From Azolla caroliniana (lineage: Eukaryota; Plantae; Polypodiophyta): DNA of 64,000 bases. Location of the stretch: the NCBI GenBank assembly GCA_043228905.1, contig JBHGNT010000015.1:868001-932000 (forward strand), given 5' to 3'. The position numbers and the translations under genes are program-made. Positions 1 through 12,613 of this stretch are shown here, one piece after another. The first letter of the stretch is position 1. The number at the start of each line of letters is the position of its first letter. Under the pieces are notes generated by a model. It did no database searches, had not been told where the DNA came from, and worked only from the letters and a program-made list of their open reading frames with translations.

Positions 1-2526
1 AGGTGGAGGTGAAGTTTTATTGGTAAGAAGAAATTCAGGTGCTAGGTGTTGATATATAGGATGAATTCGTGGACCGTCAGCAGGGTCCACATGGACCCAT
101 TTCCGCCCATTTCTCCGCTTTTTCTCAAACCGAACAAATCCTGGGACTAATGCAAAAAGTGTATGGTCTCTACCAATACCCACATAGTTTCCTGGATGAA
201 ACCTTGTTCCACGCTGTCTGATTATAATGTTCCCTGGTATCACCTTCTGCATAAGTTCAAGACCAAACACACATATAAGAAAAGTAATCTACATGGAGAG
301 CACTAAAAGGGAAATGACAGTAACCTACACACCAGCTAAACATGGAAAAAATTACAAGAAAAACAACAAATGCAGTAACCACATACATCTTACCTCACCA
401 CCGAACTTCTTTACCCCAAGATTTTTGGGCTTGGAATCCCGACCATTATTTGTCGAACCTCCAGCTTTTTTGGTTGCCCACCTCTTGAACATATTAAATG
501 ATCCACCCACATTTTCTTCGGCTATCTCTGGTAAAAGATAGTAAAAGATATTGTGTTATACCATATATAATACAAATGGATTAATGGTGCAAAGCACCAG
601 GTTCCATGACCAATACAGAAAAGAAAAGAAAACAACTTATTTAGCAGAATACCTACAGTGTGTGTGTGGAAAGGGAACAATAAAATGATTGAAACAAATA
701 GATAAAGTATAATAGGGCCACACAAGGAGCTTCCTAACCCAAAGAGGATTCTATCAGCAAAAGCAGTGAAATTACTTGCGACTGAGGCAAAGAAAACTAA
801 AAGATTATGCAAAAGAAAAAATTACAAAGAGAAATTCTAATGTGTACAATTCCTCATTGGCAGATCAACTCTGAGAAAATATAACTATCAGGGGCTAACA
901 CTTCTCTTTCTTTCAAGTATCTCTCACAGTTTATCTGTTTGCCTCTGTAACTTCTGTCCTAAATACACGCACACCCTTCTTTGATCATGTTCCTACTGTA
1001 CCATGGTTCTTCCATCAGTGCAATAGATTATGCATAGCTTTTCTTTCTTTTGGCAATGAGCATGCCATGTGCTGTATTGTTGTTCCAGAGATTTCAACAA
1101 CATATGTTTCTCCTTATCTTGAGTTAATCTACTTTCTCATAAAGAACAAGAGAAACAGGGATATTCTTCTTATTGTATAAGGACCGTAGAAGCATGTTTT
1201 GAGATTACCATAACATAGTTACCAACAGAGGACATGATTAGTCATATACTTGATAATTCTTTTCCTCCTGCTTGCAGTGATGCCTCCCTGTTCTCCTTGA
1301 ATTGATGGAAGCACGTGACAAAATAGAAGTATCGTAAGGTTCAAGAAAGTCTTTATTTCACTCCTGAATCTCCTTCATAACATAAATAAACTGGATGTAC
1401 AAGCCTCAATCTTGATTCTCAGTGACATCAATCACGAGACTCCTACAAGAATACTTAAGATTGAGTTCCATTATTCTAATTCATGTCATGTATCCTGTCT
1501 TTCATCAAGCATTTTCTTATCTTGTATGAATCTCCATCTGTAATATCATTCTTATGAAATACACATTATATAATTGCACATAACTACAGCAGTTAGCATG
1601 TCAAAGGCATTGAAGAAGTCTTCACATCCATTTAAGAATACTCAAGAATTCCATGATTGGTCATTCTTGGGGTTGTGAATCCTGTCTTTCATCAAGCATT
1701 TTCTTATCTTGTATGAATCTCCATCTGTAATATCATTCTTATGAAATACACATTATATAATTGCACATAACTACAGCAGTTAGCATGTCAAAGGCATTGA
1801 AGAAGTCTTCACATCCATTTAAGAATACTCAAGAATTCCATGATTGGTCATTCTTGGGGTTGTGATTTGATGGCTTCCTCTAGGTCTAATGATGTAAATC
1901 CACCACAATGTATAACACTTTAGATATTGGATGAAGTTATGCAAATGTGTAGTTATCGAAAACAAATCAGCACAAATAAGGAGATACAACCATGTGTGGC
2001 TACAACCCATCAGATTATACCTCCCAATTCCTCTTTCTCTCTCTCAGTTGATCTTGATTGTTTCTAGATCAACTGTTATGGTTTTAATTGTTGCATACGT
2101 GAATCGCAGGTTTAAATTCTAATCCGACTTAAATAATACTAACCCTGAATTTTAATCCTTAATCTCTTATAATGGGTTTACTCCTAATATCTTATAATTA
2201 CGGTTTGAACCCCAAAATACATTATAATGTACGCATCAATCCTTCGTCATTATGGGTGTCTCGCATAATGAGGTTTTAATCCCTAAGCATACGTTAACCT
2301 GGATCTCTAAATGAGAACTTTATCCCTAAATTCTCGACATGAACGTAATCCACCGTAGATTTGATTCCTAAACAAGGTTTCAAACCCTAACTTCTCAATC
2401 GAAATAAATCGAGTCAGATGGAGATAAATTAAGCTGAAAGACGAGGGCAGGAGTACCTGGTGCAAGGGAAGGAATCCGTCCGATGAGGCTGGCGATAGAG
2501 AACCTGCTCCGAGAAAACGCAGCCAT
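1..2526 (-). CDS. RPL27: Mitochondrial ribosomal protein bL27; 3' end runs off the window
   Basis: Exons 2526-2457, 527-394 and 246-<1 have GT-AG junctions and matching phases. They give [101 protein letters not shown]...: the bL27 signature behind an R/S-rich presequence. Confidence 0.93.
1492..1865. repeat. Apparently perfect 187-bp tandem duplication in bL27 intron 1
   Basis: Unit ATCCTGTCTTTCATCAAGC...GGGGTTGTGA at 1492-1678 and 1679-1865. Confidence 0.93.
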
Positions 2527-2614
2527 CGATCCACAGGGGGTGAAGCCCTAACTAAAACACCTGTGACTGGTGTTTTTCCATGGTGAAACAGAGACGAAAA
2601 AAGAGAGTAGCCCT

Positions 2615-2850
2615 CTAGGGTTTGTGAAAATTACATTTGTGCCCTCCTTCCGGTGGTATAAACCCTTCTCCTTCTTCTTCTTCTTCTTCTTCTTCTACTA
2701 CTACTGCTAGGGTTTGTGAAAATTACATTTGTGCCCTCCTTCCGGTGGTATAAATCCTTCTTCTTCTTCTTCTTCTTCTACTAGTACTAGTACTAGTACT
2801 ACTGCTACTACTGTTGTTGCTACTCAAAGCTTCTTGGGTTCTTTGGGCCA
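2615..2850 (-). promoter_or_regulatory. bL27 promoter: duplicated ~92-bp block with telo-box, plus a site II motif
   Basis: CTAGGGTTTGTGAAAATTACATTTGTGCCCTCCTTCCGGTGGTATAAA at 2615 and 2707 (reverse contains AAACCCTAG); TGGGCC at 2844-2849. Telo-box plus site II is the known plant ribosomal-protein promoter module. Confidence 0.6.
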
Positions 2851-3639
2851 CACGTGTCGTTAGATCATTGGTTGGTCGGTCACTGGCTTTTCTTCTTCAT
2901 TCCCTACTACGACAGCTACGAGCCCTGTTACGAGCCTTCGGCAATTGTCCATCACATATGCGTTTCAAATTAATTGGAGCGAGGTAACTGCCTATCACAC
3001 ATGTGTTTGGTTAACTTTGGAGACAGACAGAGACAGAGAGAAATATATATTAACGTCTTCTAAGACTAGAATTTGACCCATGAGGCAAATGATTATAATA
3101 ACGGGATGTGTACCCAATCATCGAAAATAGAATTAAAATAGAAATAAAAGCGGCTTAAAGGCCCAATGATGGGATTAAAATGAGAAAAGGGAACAAACAT
3201 AAAAAGAGTTATATCGCGGTAGAAAAAGTGTGATGGGGCGTTATGTTCTATAAAGGAATGGTTATGTGCTAAGACTAGTTTTATTTCCATCTAAGTCTCT
3301 CGAAAAGGAGCAAGGTGTCAAAGGGTTTCAATGTGGGTGCGGCCCATGATCTCGATGTAAATGGCATCCCCGACCATAGCTTCTAGGCGGGTTAACTCAC
3401 ATTCCCATATCTTTTTAATGTCCACTGCACGACAAGGAGTGACTTTGAGGCCTATTATTTGAGGCCATTTGATTGTTCTCTAGTTTTTTGCCCAGTGTTG
3501 CAAGTGTGTCCACGTTCATCGTTCCCATTGTCCCTGAATTTTGTATATGCTTATGTGTTGGCAAATATGAGAATGATTATGGTTAACATTTTGCACCTTA
3601 CTCTCTCTATACATTTTTAGCTCCATGATACACCCGCCT

Positions 3640-4240
3640 GGTGTTTTCGTGTCAAAGGTAATCTATATTTGGGAAAGGGTCCAAGTATGTCTTGATATTT
3701 TTCTCTTAGCTCGACATAGTTGAATATTTGCATGTAAAATGGTACTCATCTTCTATCTCTGTTCGACATTATCTATATATCCTTTCATCTTTGGGAACTC
3801 CATTAGCATGACCATTCTCAATCTCAAGTTGGTGGGATGATGCTTAAAATATTTGTCCAATAGCAACTCTTAGTCTAAGCATGTGGTAAAAACATATCTA
3901 GATATTTTGGTCATTTAACAAAACCCAACTCAGAGAATGCATGAAATGTTCCTTATTAGTAAACCATTTTAGATGGGAGTGCATCTAGTGGGTCGATCCA
4001 TCTCTGTTGAGTACAAATTTGCCATATTTCTTGGCATACCACTTTATTACGATCCCCACGAGAGATTAAAGTTTTATATATATCTTGGTTGTACCTAAGA
4101 GGGGGTAGGTTATTAATGTCTCAACCGTTTTCTAAAATCCAACTTACCATAGTACTATTGTAGGAGTTCGTATCCCATGACTCATCAAAGCGATCAAGAT
4201 GCCTGGAAAATGTGCAAGAGATAACTGATCTTGTGATTGA
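3640..4240 (-). mobile_element. Degenerate 3' end of a non-LTR retrotransposon (LINE)
   Basis: Interrupted minus-strand translation LRVAIGQ..SSHQLEIENGHANGVPKDERIYR*CRTEIEDEYHFTCKY resembles the SSHxLxIExGR...RICxxC...ExExH LINE ORF2 C-terminus. Boundaries approximate. Confidence 0.6.
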
Positions 4241-4243
4241 CCA

Positions 4244-4540
4244 TGTTACATCTTATTAATAAAAACTACTAGTTGAGAAAGTGCTTCTACTAGCATAGAG
4301 GGTAAAAGTGAACTAGAGAGAGATAAGAAGAATCTTGTAAGACCTCCAATGGTGCACTCTCTGAAAACAAAATGAGTGACCCGAAATAAGCCCTCTTCTC
4401 CCTTTTTATAGAGAAAAGAGGTGCCTAATTTCGACATTTAATGCAAAATTTCCTAGTTTTCTTCCAAAAAGAACAAAGAATCATTAGTTCTTAATCCACA
4501 TTATGCTGACAAAGAATCGAACTCTACAACCCCCTCGAGC
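4244..4540 (-). mobile_element. Orphan LTR with adjacent polypurine tract
   Basis: Minus strand reads GAGGGGG-T-TGTAGAG...CTATAAAAAGG...TGTAACA: a PPT followed by a ~285-bp TG...CA unit with an LTR-type TATA box. Confidence 0.5.
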
Positions 4541-4907
4541 CTAGTGAATAACTCTAACCAAATAGACAATTTGCTTTTATTACATATAAGTTTACCGTCC
4601 CTTTTAACCCCTTTCTATCTTTGGCCACGCCACATCACAATAGCGATTGAGGAAAACCCTTAGTGTTTGTTTATGATGTTTGATTTGATGGGCGGAGAGG
4701 TGGTGAGGCGAACTCACATGTAAAATCCTTGTCCAGATGAGGCATGGCCCCTCCCCCCTGTTGATCGGTTTAATTTTGGCAGCCAAGATTACCCAACACG
4801 TTAGAGATGGGTAAAGAGTGTGTGAGTAGAGAGAGCAGACCGAGCTGGGTTTCTAGAACAAACCCAGATAAAAACAGCCCTTTGTTATTATATGTATTTA
4901 CAATTGT

Positions 4908-5141
4908 CATAGTACGTAATATACTCGAATGCGTATGTTAGCAAAACATTCTCATGTTTTTTTTTTTACACTTTTAACCACAACTTTCTTACCTTAAAAA
5001 AAATTTTACCGTATACATAATAACCAGTAATGAATACAAAAGTATGGTATTTACCATACTTCGAGGGTGTTCACCACTCCCGAATGATTGAAAACATTCT
5101 CGAATGCGAAGGAACGTATGGTACGTATGGTTCATACTATG
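4908..5141. mobile_element. MITE-like element, related copy at 58796-59100
   Basis: Ends CATAGTA...TACTATG. Shares CATAGTACGTAATATACTCGAATGC, CATACTTCGAGGGTGTT and ATGGTACGTATGGTTCATA with the copy at 58.8 kb. No clear TSD. Confidence 0.65.
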
Positions 5142-5242
5142 AATTTGACATTAACAAAACATATACATAACAGTAACATATGTATATGGTTAAAACTTAT
5201 TAAGTTATTATTAGCTTCTTTTCTGGTGTGAATAGAGAAGAG

Positions 5243-7097
5243 ATGGCTAACTTATTAGCCTCTTCTCCTCTTCCTCTCCTCAGCACACTCAGAAGAAGCT
5301 TCTGCTCCATTGGGTCCAGAGTTCAAATCTCCCCATGCCCATCCCCATTCCCTGCAATAAAAATTTCTTCTTCTTCTTCTTCTTCTTCTTCTTCTGCATC
5401 TTCTTCTGCCATCAGATGCCATGTAAATGACTCGTCTGTCATTGAAGCGGCTTGGGAAATCTTGGAAGAATTCAACAAGAACGATGTGAAGGGCCTGCCC
5501 CAGCCCTCTCTGCAGAGCCCGGAGGGCAGGTTTGCACTGAAATCATCCCTGCTTGCTGCCGTTCATGCTTCCATGGCCACAGATGCTTGCTTGCCCATGC
5601 TGGGTATTTGTGCAGACGGCTATGAGGAGGGCCTCTCTGTCCTTCGTCAATGGACATCTGCACTGGGCTGCCATTTCTTCACCCCCCAGGTTCTTGAAAA
5701 GATAATTAGATAAAAATTAAAAAATTAAGTAAGCAGTCTAAAATAAATCAACTGAAAATAAACAGATAAAATAAGAATAAACTAGAGAAATGTATACTCT
5801 GTTTTTATTTTTTATTTTCATTTTCCAAAAAAATCGGTCTTTATTTTTGTTTCCAACAAACAGATAAATCTACTCTGTTCTCATTTAATTTTATGTCATT
5901 CTTGTTTCTGTTTTATTTTGAATAAATAGAAAAAAGATCCAGTCTATTATTGATTTATTTTATTTTAAATAACCTAAAGAAATTCTGCACTGTTTCTTGA
6001 TTTATTTCTATTTTTCTCATTTTATTCTAAATAAGTGAAGCATTCTACTCTCTTATTAATGCATTTATTTTATTCTACTCTGTTTCTGCATTGCTATCAT
6101 ATTGCAAATTTTGTTTTATGTATTTTTCTATTTCTATTTTTTCCTTTTTATTCTTTTATTTCTATTTTTTTCATTTTATTATAAATAAGTGAAACATTCT
6201 ACCCTCTTATTTATGCATTTAGTTTATTCTACTCTGTTTCTGCATTGCTATCACATTGCAAATTTTGTTTTATGTATTTTTCTATTTCTATTTTTTCCTT
6301 TTTATTCTTTTATTTCTAATTTTTTCCTTTTATTCTAAATAAGTGAAGCATTCTACTCTCTTATTTATGTATTTATTTTAATCTACTCTGTTTCTGCATT
6401 ATGATCATACTGCAAAATTTGTTTTATCTTTATTTTTATTCCAAATATATTTCTATCTGTGTCTATCTATGCTTGTGTTTCGTGTCTGTCTCTCTTGAGC
6501 TCTTTCATCACACATACAAATGCATGACTTTTGATTTTCTCACTGTTTATTTGATGCAATGATTTAGATGCCTCTTTCTTTATCTTATTCCATCCATAAA
6601 AGTTAAGAATTTGTGCTAGGTTCTCGATTCCGGAAATCCCGATTCGAACAAACTGATGATTGGTCCGGTTTACATAAAATTCAACCCTCAAGCAAAGGTT
6701 AGAGTGCCAGCAATCAGTTGTCTGTGAAACTTTAATGCAATAGATTATGCAATGCCAATTTTTAGACTGAAATAACTGAAACTTTCGATTTTTTGTTTTC
6801 TTCTTTAAACCTTTCAGATGTCTTACATACAGTCTTACACCGGGAAATTTCGTGGAGTAATCGTACAGGTAACATGCTCCTCTTTGGAATGAAAGGAGTT
6901 CAGTGTTATTATAATTATAAATCTACAAGTCTAGTCTGCATTGGAAACTATAGGTTTATATTATGAGGTGGAAGCGATGATGGTTTTTTGTTTTGATTGT
7001 TTTCTTATTTAATAACTTTTTGTTAAATTTGTTCGTATAACAGATCGGTCAGAAGCAAGTGGGTCATTTGCCTCTATCGCTCTTTAACATTCAATAA
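5243..7097 (+). CDS. DUF1824-family protein with predicted chloroplast transit peptide (209 aa)
   Basis: Exons 5243-5689, 6620-6697, 6818-6868, 7044-7097, all phase 0 GT-AG. Motifs LGICADGYEEGL..LRQWTSALG / GPVYIKFN / SYTGKFRGVIV / GHLPLSLF match the cyanobacterial DUF1824 pattern as recalled. Ser-rich N-terminus ends in AIRC. Confidence 0.85.
6000..6430. repeat. AT-rich ~154-bp tandem repeat (about 2.7 copies) in DUF1824 intron 1
   Basis: AAATAAGTGAA(G/A)CATTCTAC...CTACTCTGTTTCTGCATT recurs at about 6029, 6183 and 6337. Confidence 0.8.
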
Positions 7098-10000
7098 TAC
7101 AATACGTAGTATTCATGTTCTTGCATCTAACTCCTATTTGATCATCACTGTTATGGGCTAATTCATTCACAACTATCCCCAAGGATTTACAGATTCTCTT
7201 ATTCAATGCAATATGGAACCTAGCCATTAGATCTTGTTAGATATTTATCAGCCCCTCATCATGAAGACCATTGTAGCTTCATTCATTCGCTTTTTTGTAG
7301 TTATCAATCACCTTGGCATCATTGTTATTCATTATTTATTCGGCAAATCATAAGTAATCTTCTTTTTTTGTTTTGTGTTTTCTTTTGGTAATCAGTACTA
7401 ACTAGCTTAATTCTAGTAAGGTTAAGGTTGACTTTTCAAAACTTAATATATTTTTCCTTTTGCCAATTATGGAATGCTTAATTTCTCTACCTTGGCTAAT
7501 CACTTTTGTTTGCTTTCAATGAATACCTAGATTGGAAACTCAACCTTGTAAAAATAAATTGATTAGTTTTTAATGTGATCAAAATTGAAATGTCAATAAA
7601 GTAAATAATCTATTGCAGTGTGTCAAGAATGGTGGGAAATAGAGAGTTGGATTTTGCCCATTCATTAATCAGTGTAATAATGTTGTAATGATAATTATAG
7701 TCCCTTTCTCGAGGAGTATACCAATGTTTTCATAGAATTTTTTTCATAGTAAAAAATAATGCATTTGCCTTGTGCCCATGACAACATTGCAGTTTCGATC
7801 ATTATTAGTACAATATACTAATTTGCCGAATTGTGAATTAATTAGTAACTGATCAGAGTGTTAAGATAATTAGCACAATTATGATAATATGAAGACATTA
7901 TAGAGTATTACTAATCATAACATCAACCATATATCAATCAAAACTTCTATAATGAAGACAACTGGCAAGGTATATTAGTTTGGACTTATTGATTATTACA
8001 GTTTGGAGGATTCCTCTTGCAATTTGTGATTGAAAGATTTATAGTATTACTAATCATAACAGTAACCGTATATTAATCACAACTATAATGAAGACAAATG
8101 GGAAGGAATCATGTGTACATATATGTCAGCTAAAACATAAATGGGCTACTAGAACATAATTATTTATAGTTAGTGCATTTAATCAACATTGTAAATGGGT
8201 AACATTTTGGATCAAAGGTATGTTTTGAGTATTTCTTGAAGTACTAAGTTTTCTACCTTGTAAAAATCAAGATGTCTTTTGCACATAGAAATACGAATTC
8301 TAGATTTATTAATGTGGATGTCATTCGCAAAATACGCATATATAAACACAAACAACCACAAGAATGGAATTTCTTTTTAGCATGTTTATAAACATTTATA
8401 GAACCAAAACCTTTGTCTAATCATAATGATGAGCCACTTAAACCACATAGTGCTTCAAAGCTTGAAGTTCTCTCTAATCATTGATGAAGTGAATGTGTTC
8501 CTTCTTGCTTAGAAGCAAGAAATGGGCTTGGGGTAGATGCATTGGAGAACATATCAAGTGGTAATATTGGTGCTTCTCTATACAAATGTCCAAATGTGTT
8601 TTCTTATGAAGTTTCTTGAAGTCAAGCTATAGATATTTGTCTTTACCTAGTGTTCCATGAGTTCCATTTGGAGTCTTATGTCTCTAGTTGTATTCAAGAT
8701 CACATTGTTCCTCTTCCACCTTTGCTTATACTTCATGATAGTCCAGAATATAAGGTTCAATCCATTTTGGCCTCCATGGTTATGTGCAACAAACAATATT
8801 AGTTGTGGATTAGTTGGATTAAACACACCTAGTGCTTGGACTTGGGAACCCACCAAAAATCATGCTTATACCTCAACTATTGCTGAAGATTTTTATCAAT
8901 GATATCTTGATAAGCTAAGTCTAAGTTCATGCATTATAACTCATGGAACTTGTCATTGAATGAGTAAAAAGCTATCATGAGCAAACAGACGGTCAATAAG
9001 CTAACATTACATCTCTATGTTTCTATCGTAAATTTTTACATGACCAATACACTGATGATTGTTAGATGCTAAACATGCAAAATAGCCAAGTGGTGGGCAT
9101 CCATTGATGCTAGGTTGTGACCATGCATAGGTCTAGGGCTACTATTTAAAGAGGTGATAAGCTTGTCAAACTATGATACAATTTATATGATCTTGCTTTG
9201 CTTTTCTTAATTTTGCTTTCCTAATTTAATATAGTTTTTCACTACAACGCTAGGCACTTCTAAGAACCATAAATCTATGAAAAACTTCAATCTCAATGTT
9301 CGTTTTTTCCTAATTTAATGATTAGTTTAAGTAACATGGATAATATTGCATAATTACCTAATACGTAGGATTTTGTGCACATTAGGTCGATCAATTTGTC
9401 CTTGGCAGGCGACAACATTTCCCACTTTCATGAACCAAAAATAATTAATCTTGCATCTCTAAAGCCCTAATAAAGGACAAATAAACATATTTATTAATAA
9501 ATTAATTAAAAAGGGCACTAAATTAATATTCATGAATCTTATCTCAACCTTTCCAATCGCATTGCTTGAAAGAGTGAGAGCTCTTTTAAGAAGCCATGGT
9601 GAGCATGCCCCCAATGGACCAATTTGCCATCATTATCGTGCCTCGAGAAAGTTTACTATTCAAAGGTCAAGTTCAGAAACTTATCAAGGGGATGTGCCTA
9701 AAACAAGTAATTGTATACATGTAACATTTAAAGTCTAGAAGCTAAAGCATTAGATTGTGATATTGTACTTCAAAAGTTACCATGACGAGATATAAGCCAA
9801 TAGTATGATAGTATCGTATGTGTGCCCATGTGCACTGGTGTCAATTCAACAAGAGGGCTCAGGGGACAAGGTATCTTCCCTCCATAAATGTTGTTATTCC
9901 ATGAGGGTATCTAAGTAGTACATCCACACGCTTATTTAATTTACATCACTCACATCATGGAGAAGGGTTCTCCTATTTTCAACACTTGGCCTAATTTTGG

Positions 10001-11920
10001 GTACATTGCACCTTAAGACATTAATGATAAAGTCTTAGCACCACCCATGGATCATGATATCTTTTGAATGGGTGAATATCCACATCGATATATTAACAAT
10101 GATGTATTAACACACTCGGTCCACGAGATCTCGTCAGGAAACCTACATCGAGATGTTATCAATCAAGTAATACATGCATTATTAGCATAACACATTCTGG
10201 TTAGGAGGACTTTGGAGAGCTTGGCACATTCAGATATTAACAATTGATTGCTAGCACAACAAATAACATGCATCAAGCCCATCCTTTCAACATAAGTAGG
10301 CATGCAAAGCAAGAGGGAGTTTTTCAGCTCTTTAATGTCCTCCTACCCTAAGCCCACTATAAAATTCAAATACTTTAAAAGTGTTCATGAGGATGGGTTT
10401 CATGTCCTTTGCGGGTGTATGCTAGTTATAACTAAAGCTATAAAGAATATTGCCACATCCTAGTACAAAAGTTTGGAGAGCTTCTCTTCATCTCATTTGA
10501 ACATGTGTCCCATGTGCTTGTGTAATATTTTTGTATATCTTAACACCTTGATGACAAGAAATATGAATACTAATAACTTTTTATAGCCAGTGTTTCCATA
10601 GTGACTAGTTTCATCTTCTTTGTATCCCCTAACATCATTGTCGTGTATATGCAAATACCTAAAAGATCTCATCGGTTAGCTAGACTTCATTAAACTTCAT
10701 CGTCCATCACATTTTAAGAATCATCTTTTGTTTCTTCTTATCCCAAGGGATGATATTTTATTTGTAACATGTTTTATTGCTTTGCCTTAAGACTTTCTGA
10801 TGGTAAAACAATTTTGGATAATCTCCTATTTGATGCATGTTGCATGTTCTTTGTCTTATTGCTTCTAGATAATGATAGTCTTTGAATCCCTTTGTGTGAT
10901 TGGAATATCCATATTCGCTCCACAATGGAAGTTGTTATTAACACTTGTGTACTTGATGGATGACCAAAATTTCATCAAGGAATCACCATCATTTAATTAA
11001 GTGTACCTATTGAATGATACACAATAATATGAATGAAACCATACCATTACAACTCCTTGTCACTTTAATGTCGATCAAACAAACTTTATTGCCCTCATTC
11101 TCTACTACAATATGCCATTTGGAGAAGATTTGCAATGGAAGTGACAAAAGCAACCAACTTTTTGTCATGCTTTGTCAAACTTCCTCGAATAAGAGTCATG
11201 ATGTCTCCCATTTCATTTTACATGATTACAAAATTGCAATGAACATAAAAAGCATGAATTTTGATTAAAACTATCATCTTCAACATGCTCAATTAAGCAA
11301 ATTCAAAGGTTTTGGGTTTCATAGCAAGTAGCCATGCAAATGCATTCTTCAATCAACCTCGCCGGAATGCATTGATCCCCCGTTAACAGGTCGCTAACAA
11401 TATCTTTGCATGGTTGTGACTTGGACATTAGAGTTTTTTGAAAAGCACTATTTTATCCATGGGCATATATTAGAGTCTACATAAACAAACCTAGGCTTTC
11501 AATATATGGGCGGTTCACTTGATATCCTAGTTTTACTGTTAGTAATGCACATAGTTTCTCTAAAACAAAATACCTAATGAAATAGAAGCTCCAAATATAG
11601 GATAAGTAGTGAATCACCATGATGTGCGCTTAGTCATAGTGACACCATAGAAAGCTACAATTGGGCTTGATGAAGTTGCATTAATAATATCCAAACTTTA
11701 TGTACACATTAAATTTGAAACTTACATGGAAAAGCTTAATGCAAGACAAGAAGTAACACACATCACTACATGAAATGTCATATTTCACTGAATTCAAATC
11801 AGCTAGATCAGTTTAGGGTTGAGGGAGGCAGAAGAGGGATATAGCATCCAAACATAATCCGATCAAAATGGAGGGGGCCTAATTTCACAAAACCTTGTTT
11901 TCCGGAGCACTTGCTTGTCG

Positions 11921-11988
11921 GTTTAGGGTTTAGGGTTTGGGGTTTGGGGTTTAGGGTTTAGGGTTTAGGGTTTAAGATTTAAGTTTGC
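11921..11988. repeat. Interstitial telomeric repeat (TTTAGGG)n, degenerating toward the gene
   Basis: GTTTAGGGTTTAGGGTTTGGGGTTTGGGGTTTAGGGTTTAGGGTTTAGGGTTTAAGATTTAAG directly after the DUF1677 stop codon. Confidence 0.9.
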
Positions 11989-11992
11989 CTTG

Positions 11993-12442
11993 TTAATATT
12001 TTAAACTTCGGGAGAGTTTCATGCTCCGCATCATTAACCTTCTCATGATCACATCGGCGAGGTCGATTTCAGAGCACGGGCTTTCTAGAATGTTCTTCTT
12101 GGTCTCCAGCTTGTTGAATTGCCTACAAATGTTCATGTGAGCTTCCAATGCATGGCTCATGTCCTGGTGACATCTCCGAGACTGAGATTGAGACCGAGAC
12201 GGAGACCGCCCCAATTCCTCCTTCACCGCCTCTTCACAAAGGCCACACACCCACTTACCGCAGTGCAGGGTTCGGATCTGGTCGATATACTGCGGCGTGC
12301 AATCCTCGGCAAGACCACAACACTCGCATTGGACCACATGTAATTCTAGGGTTTCGGTGGTCGTGGTTGTGGTGTTTACTCCTCCTTTGTGACCTAATTC
12401 TTGCACATTACTATTGGAGATATGGGTCTTTAATTCTTCCAT
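11993..12442 (-). CDS. DUF1677-family plant protein, intronless (149 aa from first ATG)
   Basis: Motif CECCGLAEDCTPQYI..R....GKWVCGLCEEAVKEE...AL.AHM..C..FN. The ORF track starts at a TTG (12475); the first in-frame ATG is at 12442. Confidence 0.9.
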   Translation of the reverse strand: MEELKTHISNSNVQELGHKGGVNTTTTTTETLELHVVQCECCGLAEDCTPQYIDQIRTLHCGKWVCGLCEEAVKEELGRSPSRSQSQSRRCHQDMSHALEAHMNICRQFNKLETKKNILESPCSEIDLADVIMRRLMMRSMKLSRSLKY

Positions 12443-12573
12443 CAGTGGAGAAGGCAATCTGACTCTCTCCCTCAATCATACATACATACATATATGATAT
12501 ACATATATATGCATACATACATACATAGGCAGGAGGCAGGGATGATTTCTGGGCCTTTTGATGAGAAGATCAC

Positions 12574-12613
<40 letters not shown>

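Noticed and set aside
522-812. 96-aa hydrophobic ORF as an extra bL27 exon
   Set aside because: TTG start and T-rich intron composition. Exons 2526-2457 and 527-394 already join in frame.
8400-11400. Coding-like decayed region, perhaps an old transposon (similar at about 17700-18500, 24400-25300, 42900-43270 and 57300-58300)
   Set aside because: Only faint motif hints; no family or boundaries can be supported without a translated search.
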